From Candidatus Poribacteria bacterium (GTDB lineage Bacteria > Poribacteria > WGA-4E > PCPOR2b), in contig OZ244587.1 in the NCBI GenBank assembly GCA_965218095.1, positions 3,616,001-3,680,000 of the forward strand: DNA of 64,000 nucleotides. Reading direction: 5' to 3'. The notes under the pieces were generated by a model, which worked only from the letters and a program-made list of their open reading frames with translations, did not search any database and had not been told where the DNA came from. A program made the translations under genes and the position numbers. Below, piece by piece: positions 30,094 to 41,279 of this stretch. Each line of letters opens with the position of its first letter. The stretch's first letter is position 1.

Positions 30094-30390
30094 GAAAGCC
30101 AAAGCAATTATATCACGAAATCGTTGAAAACACAAGGCTAAAGCAGTCTGTATCCCAATCTGAAAGGATTGGGGCTTAGACCTAAAGGAAATGTCCGATA
30201 AATCTAGGAAGAGATGTGAGATTTGGCGTCAATCGGTGCAACGCGGTCTTCTACGATAAACACTTGAAATAACGACAACTTGCTTTCCATCAGGCGACCA
30301 TCTTGCGTCCGTCGACCCAGATGTCATTTGTGTAAACCGTCACGGTTATCATGGTAATGATTTCGCGTATTTCTCGTTGCACACGACTTG

Positions 30391-32613
30391 CTAAAAATCA
30401 AGCCGATACAAAAACTTCACGTTCCGTCCCGGCTCCGGCATCACCGATTTGATTCTCGACAGGTGCTGACGGTATTCGGTGTCGAAAATATTCTCAACCG
30501 CGAAAACCGTCTGATGCTGAAGTCGCCACATCGGGAACGCCAATTGGAAGCCCACATCGTAGACGATGTATCCGTCCGTCGGTTCTTCAAATTCGCCCAA
30601 CCGATGCTGGTCGTCTGAAAATCGCGCCGTGAAGTGAAGGTTTAGCGGCCGCGTCACGTACCGCAGAGCCACTTTTCCGTTGAGCGGCGGGATGCGTTCA
30701 AGCGATAATCCGCGGACCGCCAAAGCCCCTTTGACGTAACTCATGCGCATCTGCGCGTGAAATCGTGGAGCGATTTCTGCGTCAATGCTAAATTCGGCGC
30801 CATCAAGGATGGCGTCTTGTCCCCGGTATTGATACATCCACAGCCACCCCGCTGCACTGCTACCCCACTCCTTTTCCCCTGTGTCAGTCGGAATCAGATA
30901 GCCGTAAATCTGGTTGCGGAAGTAGGCGAGATTCAGTTTCACCCGTTCGTCCGAATAGCGCAGAAACCCTTCCGTCCCGAAGCCATCCTCTGAACCGAGT
31001 TCGGCGTTACCGATTTCGTAGGAATAGATCGCGAGATGAGGGCCGTCTGAAAAAAGTTCCTCGATTCCCGGTGCGCGAAATGTCTTCATCAAGGTGGCAC
31101 CAGCCCCCAAGTTGTCGCTCCAGTGATAGATACTCGAAACTGTGCTCGACACACCGCCGAAGTCCCGTCGCTGCACCGTTCCTGCGCGGACGACGGCACC
31201 TTCCACAAACGGCTCAACCCGTTTGATGTCGTAGCGAATCGCGCCTTGTAGCGTGAAGTCGTTGAGTCGCTTCTGTTTGAAATAGAAACCCGCCAAAGAC
31301 ATCTCCCGCGTGTGCGGTGTCCAGTAAAACCCGCCCGTCGCATGGTCACGATACTTGCCCCAAATGCCCGCAACTGCATCGCCGCGCGAGTGAGCGAGCG
31401 CGGACACGTTGTATGTCAATACACCAAACTCAACGCCGAGCGTATTGTTTGATTCAAACTCCTGATGCTGATAGCGTGTGTAGGTCGAGTGCAGTTTCAG
31501 TTTCTCAAGCAATGCCTCCTCAAACGCATACTCAAGGTTGCCTTCATACCGCTGGCGGTCGAGGGCAATGCTAACGCCTTTGATATGCCCTTCCGGCGAG
31601 CCGGGAATCCCGTAATCTGAACGGTAGCGCCCGCCTGAAATCCCGATGTGTCCCCAATCCTTGACCACTGAAGCACCTGTCGAAAAATTGGTGTTCGATA
31701 ACGACGTGTTTTCTAAAATACCGATGGGGGTTTGCGTATCGTCGGCATGGCGGTGATTCCACGCCAACCGCCACGCAAGGTCGCCGATCGGAATCGTCAC
31801 CCCTGTCGTCCTGGTCAGTCCTGAGTTGACCGACTCACTCTGAAATGTGAGTTTCACCGTTGGGCAGTCGGGAAGGGTTTGCGGGATGGTCTCGCGCTTG
31901 ACATTGACGACACCGCCGAGTGTGTTCGAGCCGTAGATCAGCGACGCCGGACCGCGCGTAATCTCGATATTTCTCGCGGTGGTTGGGTCAATCGCAACCG
32001 CATGGTCTGCTGAGGACGCCGATTTATCGCCGGTGCGCTCACCATCTTCAAGGATAAGCAGACGGTCACCGCCCATGCCCCGGATGACCGGACGCGCTAT
32101 CGCTCGCCCCATCGTCCGCTGTGTGACGCCGACTTCTTCGCTAAGTGTGTCGGCGATGGTCATCCCCATCTGTTCGTCCAGTTGCCGTTCGGAGAGCGCG
32201 AGGTCGGTGGTTTTCTCAAACTGGGCGAGTTCATCGCCATCAGGTGTGACAACAATCTCTCCGAGTTGGAACGGGACGTCTTTCAGTTTGACGGTCATTG
32301 CCGGCAGGTTCGCATCGAGGACGATTTCCTGCTCCAACGTCTCATAGCCGACGTGAACAAATCGAAGCGTGTACATTCCCAGCGCAATTTCATTAAACCG
32401 AAAATGCCCAGCTTCATCGGTTCGGGATAGCGATATCCCCCCGGCGGCAACAAGGCTTACCCGGACATCAGCAAGCGGTCTTTTCGTCTCGGCATCAATT
32501 ACCTGTCCTGAGACGGAAGCGGTCGGAGCCGACCAACTTTCGTCGGAACAGAAGGCAAACGTCAGGAGAATAACGCTCAACATTGTGAATATAAATAATC
32601 CCAACCCTTTCAT
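30391..32613 (-). CDS. TonB-dependent receptor (ZnuD-like) with N-terminal carboxypeptidase-regulatory-like domain
   Basis: Plug RPVIRGMGGDR..SADHAVAIDP..IEITRGPASLIYG; ends in PGRNVK...F. Confidence 0.92.
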   Translation of the reverse strand: MKGLGLFIFTMLSVILLTFAFCSDESWSAPTASVSGQVIDAETKRPLADVRVSLVAAGGISLSRTDEAGHFRFNEIALGMYTLRFVHVGYETLEQEIVLDANLPAMTVKLKDVPFQLGEIVVTPDGDELAQFEKTTDLALSERQLDEQMGMTIADTLSEEVGVTQRTMGRAIARPVIRGMGGDRLLILEDGERTGDKSASSADHAVAIDPTTARNIEITRGPASLIYGSNTLGGVVNVKRETIPQTLPDCPTVKLTFQSESVNSGLTRTTGVTIPIGDLAWRLAWNHRHADDTQTPIGILENTSLSNTNFSTGASVVKDWGHIGISGGRYRSDYGIPGSPEGHIKGVSIALDRQRYEGNLEYAFEEALLEKLKLHSTYTRYQHQEFESNNTLGVEFGVLTYNVSALAHSRGDAVAGIWGKYRDHATGGFYWTPHTREMSLAGFYFKQKRLNDFTLQGAIRYDIKRVEPFVEGAVVRAGTVQRRDFGGVSSTVSSIYHWSDNLGAGATLMKTFRAPGIEELFSDGPHLAIYSYEIGNAELGSEDGFGTEGFLRYSDERVKLNLAYFRNQIYGYLIPTDTGEKEWGSSAAGWLWMYQYRGQDAILDGAEFSIDAEIAPRFHAQMRMSYVKGALAVRGLSLERIPPLNGKVALRYVTRPLNLHFTARFSDDQHRLGEFEEPTDGYIVYDVGFQLAFPMWRLQHQTVFAVENIFDTEYRQHLSRIKSVMPEPGRNVKFLYRLDF

Positions 32614-32661
32614 AGGGAACCTCTGCGATGTGATGACTTACGCCTTGAATCGTCCTGTTTA

Positions 32662-33784
32662 TCACCCGCGTTTCACCTCATCCAGCTTCAGCGCGTAGAC
32701 GCCTACCAGCATCAAATCCTTCCGAAACTGCTGACCGACCGAAAGTTTACCAAAGACGGTGATCGGCATATCCATCACCGCTTGGATCTTCTGCTTCTTT
32801 GAAGCTTCGACGTAGACAATCTCGTTGATACGTGGCGCGACACCGAAACAGCACGACATCGTTGATTTGAGCAGCAGGAACCGCTTTACTTTCCCTTTGT
32901 CAACGTCAATCGGGAGCATAAACCCCGTGATAGCGACTTTCACCCCATCGAGTTGCTTGACTTCATCGGGGATTTCGGTGTTGTAAGAAAACGAGGCGAC
33001 GTATTACGGGTTTGCCATCTTCCGCCAATCCGGCTCATCGAGCCAGTAGTGACCTAAGAAGCCGAACGGCATGCGGAGATAGTCACCAATGATTTCGGTG
33101 GGGATGGCAAAACCTTCAGCGGTGTCAAGGGCAAAAAGATTAAAGTTGACCTGAATTCCGGTGGTTAATTCGGGTGTCGTCTTGACCCCTTAATCGGCGA
33201 GTTGGATTTCAAACCCGCCGACGAGCCGAAGGACATCGCCCGGTAGCCATTGGACCAGCGGACTGTCTTTTGAAAAATAGGTCAGCCTTAGCCCTTCCAA
33301 CCCCACCGGCTTTTTGACGCCGTGTAACTTGAAGCTCGCTTCGGCAGAAGTTATGAGCATTTTCCCGTCAACTAGCGGGGAATCCTCCATCTCTTTCAGA
33401 CGTTCAATCCGAAGAATGGCTTGTGGGTAGACGTCGGTGTTCCACAAAATCTTCTGCGTCCCCTTATCAACAACGGCTTCCGTTTTCAGGCGCGCCATAT
33501 CGGGTTGGAAAATCACCTGAAATGCTTTGTTCAGTGCATCGGGGTTGAGCGCGATTGTCCCGTTGATACGCTCGAGTTGCCGCTGTAAACGGTCGCTCTG
33601 TCTCACGGGTACGGAACATGAACACATTTCTGTCTTTGTCCAGCGTGAATGTCTTCAGATTGGTAGGCGCGTCGTTTTGCGCGGGCACCGACGCGGCAAA
33701 TGTGCCGAAAATCAGGGCAAAAACCGTCGCGTGAAACGTAAAACGTGATGTATGAAAAGAAAATATGTTAAACAAATTTCTCAC
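32662..33784 (-). pseudogene. YceI-like plus DUF3299 fusion, disrupted
   Basis: FKLHGVKK...FEIQLAD*G (YceI-like) stays in frame through two TAA codons into LDGVKVAITGFMLP...FLL...SCCFGVAP (DUF3299); frameshift near 33600. Confidence 0.7.
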
Positions 33785-33844
33785 TCCTTTTGTTATTGAA
33801 TATTGGATTGGTAAGTGTTTGAAGGTCAGTCTTTGCGTTGCACA

Positions 33845-33967
33845 TTATTTCTGCTGTGAAGTCTTTCGGGACGCGGCAAAGATGGCAGTTAATTCCTGTG
33901 CTTCTTTGAGGAGTGCCGAAATCTTGTCTAACTCAACCATTTTGGCATCAGTAGCAAACTCAATCTA
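33845..33967 (-). pseudogene. C-terminus of a four-helix-bundle (23S IVP/bAvd-like) protein cut by an IS
   Basis: Reads IEFATDAKMV...LLKEAQELTAIFAASRKTSQQK*. Confidence 0.65.
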
Positions 33968-34786
33968 GGTTCTGTTGACATTTGAGTATAAGGTTGTGGC
34001 ATAATAGAAGAATGATGCCAATAACCTTACCCGATGACCAATGGAAAAAGATATACTCGTTTCTTCTAACTTGTCCCACCATCTATGTTGGCAACGAAGC
34101 GACAACACGCCGCTTTATCGAAGCGGTTCTCTAGGCGACCCGTAGCGGTGCTCAATGGCGGATTCTGCCAGACACCTATGGTAAATCGAACACCCTCTAT
34201 AAGCGGTTTGCTCGGTGGTGCGACAAAGGTATCTTCACACAGATGCACCCCCACTTCGCCGCCGACCCCGATATCGAGTCGCTTATTGTGGACAGTACAA
34301 TCATTCGAGCGCACCCGTGTGCGGCGGGTGCCGAAAAAAAAGGGTGGCACTGAAAACCAAGCGTTAGGTCGCTCTCGCGGGGGATTCAGTACAAAAATTC
34401 ACATCACCGTTGACGGCCTGGGTAATCCACTAAGAATACATCTGACGCCCGGTCAAAGAAACGACATAGCGGAAGCAGAAGGGTTGATACTTGGATATAA
34501 AAGTGAGTATGTGATTGGAGACAAGGGATATGACTCCGACAATTTTATCGCGGTTATTGAGGCGAATGGAGCGATTGCGGTGATACCGCCAAAAAGTCAT
34601 CGTGTGGATCAAAGAGATTACGACAAACATCTGTACAAAGAGAGACATCGGGTTGAATGTTTCATTAACAAGATAAAATGGTATCGCCGCATCTTCTCTC
34701 GGTTCGAGAAGTTAGCTATCCGTTATTTTGGATTTCTCAGCTTTGTCTCCACTCTTATATGGCTCCCTTGAAATGTCAACAGAACC
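33968..34786 (+). mobile_element. IS5-family element, copy 1 (degenerate)
   Basis: TIRs GGTTCTGTTGACATTT and AAATGTCAACAGAACC in CTAG context; GRSRGGFSTKIH, GDKGYD and YKERHRVECF motifs; A8G slip site; OrfA is broken. Confidence 0.93.
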
Positions 34787-35271
34787 TAGCAGGCAATATC
34801 CGGGGCTGGAGATTCTGGCAGGTTGATGAACGAATCTATTGGTTATATCGTCCGATTGAAACACATATAGTTGGTAAAGAATTAGAATCACGACATGCCA
34901 AAGTTTCTTCTATTTGGAGGCTCAAACCCGCTAAACGAATGGATTCGCATCCATCCCCATTTCCTATTGAATTGCCTGTACGCGCGATTTACTCTATGCC
35001 CGGCGACTCGAAAAAGATTATACTCGATCCATTTTGTGGTACGGGAACAACTCTAGTCGCAGCAAAAATTCTCGGTCATAACTTTATCGGAATAGATATC
35101 TCACCCACCTATGTAGAACATACTAAGAACAGGCTTGAAAACTGGGAGAATGAAAAATCAGAGGTAGAGAAAGAAAAGAAGAAACACGTCGTCAGAAATC
35201 CTTTCAAGGACCGCAAAGAAAGAGGCACGGTCAATTGGCCTTTTGCACCCAACAATAATTCCTCTGAATGA
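34787..35271 (+). pseudogene. N4/N6 DNA methyltransferase, C-terminal half
   Basis: HPSPFPIELP, ILDPFCGTGTT and FIGIDIS motifs; the 5' half is lost at the IS end. A convergent fragment at 35231-35430 may be the endonuclease remnant. Confidence 0.85.
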
Positions 35272-35481
35272 GACTTAGATCGTTGACAATCGAATCGAGA
35301 TTTGCTTTGGCTTGCTTTTCAGTTGACCAATAATTAATTCCAAACTCTGAATTCGACAATTCCCACATTATCCTTAATCCAATAACAAATAACTTTCTTG
35401 CTGAGCATACATCAATCCCCAATATTGAGTATTCCGTGAAAGAGACTATCTTGAATCAGTTTGTCAAGAAAGAGGTCAGAC

Positions 35482-35760
35482 ATGGGTCATACATTCTCCG
35501 CCGGGCGTCGTTTCTGCGATGCACTGGCAATAGAAAATCCCTTGCAAGTCGTCGGAACGATTAACGCCTACTCAGCGTTGATGGCAGAGTGCGTAGGGTT
35601 CCGGTCAATCTATCTTTCAGGTGGGGGCGTGGCGAATGCTTCTTACGGTCTTCCAGATATAGGGATGACCACGTTGAACGATGTTCTGGAAGATGTGCGC
35701 CGCCGGTGTACATATCGAAGATCAGGTGCAAGCGAAGCGTTGTGGTCACCGCCCCAACAA
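35482..35760 (+). pseudogene. prpB: 2-methylisocitrate lyase fragment
   Basis: [20 protein letters not shown] and GLPDIG; an internal deletion; then [15 protein letters not shown]. Confidence 0.85.
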
Positions 35761-36430
35761 CGCGATTCTTGTCATTGCAGGCCGGTTTGACCTTGCCGAA
35801 GTGCGGGAATTGATTCACCAAAACTTCAGTCAAATTCCGCCCGGTAAATCACCACCCACAAAGCCGCCCAAGTCTGAAGCAAAGACCGGCACGACCCGGC
35901 GCGTCACTGTAAAGCCTGTGATGCACAATGCGACCGGCGTCGCGGCGATCGGATATGCTGCACCGCCGCCCGGGAGCAAGGAGTACACGTCGTTTCGCGT
36001 TTGTGAGCACACGCACAAAATTTCTTTCATCCGGGCAAAATACCGCCTGTGTACTACACGCCGCTGGACGATGGGACGATGATTGGACTCCAGACCGATC
36101 TGCGGGCTGGCGCAGACACCGAGGCCGCGCTGAACCAACTTGACCAACGTCTACACGCGGCATTGACACCGAAACTGACGCCCCAGGATAAACGGCAAAC
36201 GCTCAACTCAATGGCACTGTTGGGCACAGTTGAGATGTCGGATGCCATGTGGATGCAAAATTTGTACGGTTTAGCTTTCAGCACTGGTCGTCGGTATCAA
36301 CTGGAGCTCGATGGTAACGAATTGCGTGCTGCCATCCAGCGCGTCACCGATGCAGACATGCAGCATTTGGGACGAGTATATTCGCTTCAGAAAAACGCAG
36401 CACCGTCATTGTTGAGTTGGAAAAGTAGAG
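35760..36430 (+). pseudogene. M16 peptidase-like fragments
   Basis: [24 protein letters not shown] and IQRVTDADM motifs; frameshifted. Confidence 0.6.
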
Positions 36431-36691
36431 TCATGTCAGACGAGTTTTGACATCCAATTCCTGCTTGGCTCGAATTGCCAAATCCAGACCGAGCGGGTAG
36501 CAGTCGGCTTTCAGTTTCCAGAATCCAAAGTGCGTAAGTCCTAATAGAATAAGTGAGTATGAATGAATTACATTTTTCCCGGTATTATGACTGATGAAAC
36601 TGTAACGATAGACAGACTCCCGTCAAGGTCAGATAAGATTAACCGGGAAACAGACAGAAATTGATGAGGTAGAAAAAACGGAACTGGAAGA

Positions 36692-36988
36692 TTAAACGGA
36701 GAACGTTGGTGGGGCGCGACTTTGGATATTGTTGGTAGGTATCGCAGGAAGGAAGGTCAGGTCGAAAAGGGAGTGAATTCAGATGCAGGTATCAAGATTG
36801 GCGAGGTCAACAGCATGGAGCGCAATACCGAGATGGTTGGCGTTGAAGAAGCAGGCAGAACACTCATCTGAACCGAAAACGTCGTGATCATAGGTGAGTC
36901 TGACAAGGCTTATCGTTATCAGGTAATACAAAACCCCAATCATGACCGCCCAGCCGGTTGGATTGATGTGGATTCGATTGTTCTGCAA
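36692..36988 (-). pseudogene. DUF2946/CruR-like uORF (TM helix, CxxC, RAPP) with an internal TGA
   Basis: TM helix, DHD..CSAC, TGA at 36779-36781, then in-frame IHSLF...IQSRAPPTFSV*. Confidence 0.75.
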
Positions 36989-37027
36989 GGACCTTCACCC
37001 CTTTCTGCCAGCTTGAATCGCGTAATT

Positions 37028-37056
37028 ATTGTACCTCCTGCTACAAATTATGTCAA
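37028..37056 (-). promoter_or_regulatory. Near-consensus sigma70 promoter of the RAPP uORF
   Basis: TTGACA-N17-TACAAT. Confidence 0.75.
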
Positions 37057-37397
37057 GCATCTTTTAGGAGCGATACAAATTCCCCACGCATGAGCTCAAT
37101 CGATTTTACCGAGGGGCTGACCCAGAAAAAACAGGTACAGACAGACTTCGAGTATGAGTCGTCGGCAAATGCTCACGGTTTTGCCGACGACTGAGTAGAA
37201 CCAGCTCCTTTCGATTGGTAGTTTTGGGGTGAATGTATCGCCGAATCATTTCATCGCAAAGTTTACGACCGATAACACCGAAATTCAACCTGTTTTTTCT
37301 CGCGGGGAATTTGTATAGGAGCGAAGGGAATGGTCGGGTTGATACATTCTAAGCGGTCTCCTACAGGAACGAGGCGCATCTAAATCGAGAGTGAATA

Positions 37398-38273
37398 TCA
37401 GCAGTTGGAAGCGAGGTGCTGGAGTGCTTGCAAAATCTTTTCAGCAAATTGGTGAGCCACACCTTCGTTGTGTTGTTCGACTGCCCGCCCGGCGCGGTAG
37501 TAGTTGCCCCAATAGTATCGCAGGAAAGTACAGGTTGTCCACGATGCAGCATCGACTGTGACAAAACCGAGCCATCCATTTAGCACAAGGGCGTTTAAAC
37601 CCGACTTCCAATTTCCAGCGTAGACTTGACCGGCGCCGGGCAAAATTGTCGAAAGCACCGTGGCGACCTTGACAGATTTTCGCGGTGCATTGATGACTTG
37701 GACAAAAAGTGCATTAATGCTTTCATCGTCGGTGTATGCTTGCAATACCTTGTGTGCCTCCTCTCATCTAAACTGGTGGAGATAAGCGACACCTTGCAAA
37801 AACAGGGCACGCCGATACAGTGGACCTGACGGTTGCTGAATGGTGACCTTTATCAGTTCCAGCAAGGCTAAACGTAATTTTGCTGGAAATCAGGGTGACA
37901 GCGAGTTCAATCTGTCGCTCCGATCTCACGCTTGTATCTGTAGCTTGTCGAACAGCGACGCGCATCACGGCAATTGCTTCTGTCCAAAGCCCTTGCGCCC
38001 GGTAGGCGATACCAATCTTGCGTTGAGCGTCGCCAGCGTGCTGGTGATTCGGGTTGAAGTAAAGGAAGCGTTTATACTCGGTAATGGCTTCGTCGTAGCT
38101 ACCAGCAGTGAGTAGATGGTCTCCTCTCCGAGTGCCAAGGCGATATCGGTCGCGGCAGTGGAGAGGCTCCAGCCGTGTGAAAGCATGATCGCGAGCAGGG
38201 TGAATACGACGTGCTTTAATAAGGGGTTGGGGTGAGTTCGTTGTCGTGTGAGGTTTGTGAGCATTATTTTCAT
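37398..38273 (-). pseudogene. TPR plus TM2-like membrane protein, multiply frameshifted
   Basis: Signal-like start, TPR-like helices across frames and LSTILPGAGQVYAG. Confidence 0.6.
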
Positions 38274-38457
38274 GGACCGAGTTCGCGGCAACTGCGATTC
38301 GCCACGCCGTGACGACTAACCGTTTTGCAACTTATGGCTCAAAAATTCGTATGAGGTTCGTAGTAGCGCAATTGATTGCGCGTTCTTTTCTTCTTTGCGT
38401 ATTTGTGTTCTATTTTTCTTATCAAGGTGGCAACTTGGGTTATAATACCAAATTGAA

Positions 38458-38487
38458 TTGACATACTCCCCAGTCTAATGGCATAAT
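38458..38487 (+). promoter_or_regulatory. Sigma70-type promoter
   Basis: TTGACA-N18-CATAAT with an extended TG, upstream of 38548. Confidence 0.55.
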
Positions 38488-38547
38488 AACTGCCAAATCA
38501 TTTTAGTTGACGCAAACTCCCTTTAAACTAAAAGACGATTCAGCTTA

Positions 38548-40821
38548 ATGTTTTCAAACTCCGCACAACAGTCCAGATCCAGCTTCGGCGGTACCGCCTC
38601 GCATTCCCAACAGGGGCACAGCTTCGGCACTGCTCCTGTATTTCTTACCTCGGTCTGCACAATCCTCGGCGCAATTCTCTTCTTGCGGTTCGGTTACGCT
38701 GTCGCACACGTCGGGCTCTGGGGCAGCCTCGCGATCATCGTCCTCGGGCATTTCGTGACCATTCCCACGGTTCTGGCGGTGTCCGAAATCGCGACGAACC
38801 GCCGCGTGGCGGGTGGTGGCGCGTACTACATTGTCAGCCGGTCCTTCGGCACGAGCATCGGGGGCTCGATCGGGATCGCCTTGTATCTCTCCCAAGCGAT
38901 CTCGATCGCCTTCTATATGGTCGCGTTCGCGGAAGCTTTTGGACCCGTCTATGAATGGGCCTTGACCGAGCACAAATTGAAGATTGACCCTCGCTGGGTG
39001 AGCCTTCCCTGCACGCTCCTGCTCATCGCGCTCATGCTAACTAAAGGGGCCGACCTAGGCGTGTGGGCCCTATGGGGCGTCAGCGCGATCCTAGCGGCGT
39101 CAATCACTGCTTTCCTCTTGGGCGAAGGCCCCGAATCAATACGGCCGGACGGGCTGAACATCACGGCACGCATCGAAGATGGCGATGGCTTCGGCACGGT
39201 CTTCGCGACGTGTTTCCCCGCCTTCACGGGCATGATCGCGGGCCTCGGGCTATCCGGCAACCTGAAGAACCCTCAGAAGAGCATACCTCTCGGCACAATC
39301 AGCGCGACGTTTGCGGGCATGGTCATATACACGCTCGTCGCTGTCAAGCTGAGCCAGAGTGCTAAGCCCGATGTGCTCGCCGCCGACCAGTTCGTGATGG
39401 CCCGGATCTCCCTGTGGGGCCCCGCAATCTACGTTGGGTTGGGCGCGGCCGCTCTGTCCTCCGCCCTCGGCTCCATCCTAGTAGCTCCCAGAACGCTACA
39501 GATGCTTGCCCGCGACAACGTGTTGCCAGTCCCCCAGCTAAACCGTCTGATGGAAAAAGGTGTGGGAAAGACGCAGGAACCGATATACGCAATTTATGTG
39601 TCGGGCGTGATCGCAATCGTGTTCGTAGTGGTGGGCGGTGTGGACTTTATCGCCCAGATCCTCAGCATGTTCTTCATGGTGACATACGGCGTCCTCTGTG
39701 CGGTGTCATTTCTTGAACACTTCGCAGGCAATCCGTCTTATCGTCCTACGTTCCATTCTCGCTGGTACCTGTCGCTGTTGGGCACAGTGATGTGCGGCTT
39801 GATGATGATCCAGATAAACACGCTATACGCATTCATCTCGATCTTTCTCATGGTGGCGATCTACCTCGGACTCCGCCGCAGTCACCACGGGCAGCGCGAC
39901 TTGACGGCGATCTTCCAAGGGACGATGTTCCAGCTAACCCGGCGGCTGCAGATCACCCTACAGAAGAGTCGTGTCATCTCATCCGAAGGCGGATGGCGTC
40001 CATCGATCGTAGCGGTGACCCGATTCGGGGAACGTCGACTCGGGCATTTCGACCTGCTCCGCTGGATCTGCCATCGGCACGGGTTCGGCCACTTCATCCA
40101 GTTTCTCCACGGCGATTACTCGTTTGCTAGCGAAATCGAGGCACGCCTCCACGTCGACGGGTTGATCCAACGGACCGAGGTCAGCGGAGCAGGCATCTTT
40201 GTTGATTCCCTGATTTGCCCGACGTTCCAACTTGCTCTGGCGCAGACGCTGCAGATGCCAGGGATTTCCGGCTTGCCGAACAACTGCATCCTACTCGAGT
40301 TCGATCGAGAGAATCCCGACGAGATCAACGAGGTCGGGCAAGGTGCTCGCCTCGCTGCAAATTCGATATTCAACGTCCTGATCCTGCGATCAACGAAGTA
40401 CCGCTTCGGCTACCGTTCCTCGATCCATGTGTGGGTGACAGAGGACAACTTGGCAAACGCTCCGATGATGCTGTTGCTCGCGTATATCATTGTGGGGCAC
40501 CCGGAGTGGAGACGTGCCGAAATCCGGCTCTTCGCGTGCTTCGACTCCAAGGAGGCTGAGCACGAGACAGACAAGCTCTCGACGCTGATGAAGGAAGGGC
40601 GGCTGCCGATCTCAATGCAGAACGTGACTTCCGTGTCGTGCGGCAGCGGGGAGGCCTTGGAGCAAGAAGTGTCTCACCGATCCTCTCAGGCTGACTTGGT
40701 TATCGCAGGCTTAATAGCGAACGACCTCGATCCGGACGAAGTGGCCCAAGCACTACGGCACTACGAGGGGGCGAACGACGTGCTGTTCGTCCATTCGATC
40801 GAGCAGATCTCGATTGATTAG
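38548..40821 (+). CDS. Cation-chloride cotransporter (SLC12/APC family) homolog
   Basis: TILGAILFLRF, IATN..GGGAYYIVSRSFG, FPAFTG, LKNPQKSIP and PSYRPTF motifs; cytoplasmic C-terminal domain. Confidence 0.9.
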   Translation: MFSNSAQQSRSSFGGTASHSQQGHSFGTAPVFLTSVCTILGAILFLRFGYAVAHVGLWGSLAIIVLGHFVTIPTVLAVSEIATNRRVAGGGAYYIVSRSFGTSIGGSIGIALYLSQAISIAFYMVAFAEAFGPVYEWALTEHKLKIDPRWVSLPCTLLLIALMLTKGADLGVWALWGVSAILAASITAFLLGEGPESIRPDGLNITARIEDGDGFGTVFATCFPAFTGMIAGLGLSGNLKNPQKSIPLGTISATFAGMVIYTLVAVKLSQSAKPDVLAADQFVMARISLWGPAIYVGLGAAALSSALGSILVAPRTLQMLARDNVLPVPQLNRLMEKGVGKTQEPIYAIYVSGVIAIVFVVVGGVDFIAQILSMFFMVTYGVLCAVSFLEHFAGNPSYRPTFHSRWYLSLLGTVMCGLMMIQINTLYAFISIFLMVAIYLGLRRSHHGQRDLTAIFQGTMFQLTRRLQITLQKSRVISSEGGWRPSIVAVTRFGERRLGHFDLLRWICHRHGFGHFIQFLHGDYSFASEIEARLHVDGLIQRTEVSGAGIFVDSLICPTFQLALAQTLQMPGISGLPNNCILLEFDRENPDEINEVGQGARLAANSIFNVLILRSTKYRFGYRSSIHVWVTEDNLANAPMMLLLAYIIVGHPEWRRAEIRLFACFDSKEAEHETDKLSTLMKEGRLPISMQNVTSVSCGSGEALEQEVSHRSSQADLVIAGLIANDLDPDEVAQALRHYEGANDVLFVHSIEQISID

Positions 40822-40899
40822 CCGGGTGTCCGGCCCAATCCTGCCACGCATACACTCCGGAATCGTTTGGAGTGCCCTTCGAGATTCACATCGAGAGGC

Positions 40900-41075
40900 A
40901 AGATCATCCCCAAAAGGGAAGTGGAATTTTGCTATCTCTGAATTGGATTCGGCCCTGATTCCTTCGATCTTCCAGCACCTGGGGCTGAGCGAGCTGCCGG
41001 CTGGACGAGTCTCAAAGTAACGGTCGGATTCTTCTCTGGAAATATGTTCAACGCTTCCGGATGTGCAAATCTAAC
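40900..41075 (-). pseudogene. pdxH: Pyridoxamine 5'-phosphate oxidase fragment
   Basis: Reads SGSVEHISREESDRYFETRPAGS. Confidence 0.55.
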
Positions 41076-41279
41076 AGGCAAACTCCACTGGCATTGAACG
41101 CACGAATCTACATCGCAAAATGCGACAATATCATATAAAATGTGAAACGTAAAGTGATTTCAAGAGGAGATAATAAACATGAAATGGCACTATTTTAGGC
41201 TCATGTCGGTTTTTGTGTGTACTATCTGTGCATTGCTGGGTAATTGCTGGGTATGATCATTCGATGACTCGAAAATCCA

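Noticed and set aside
36779-36781. Selenocysteine at the uORF TGA
   Set aside because: The downstream sequence is pyrimidine-rich with no SECIS-like hairpin, and the site is outside the CxxC.
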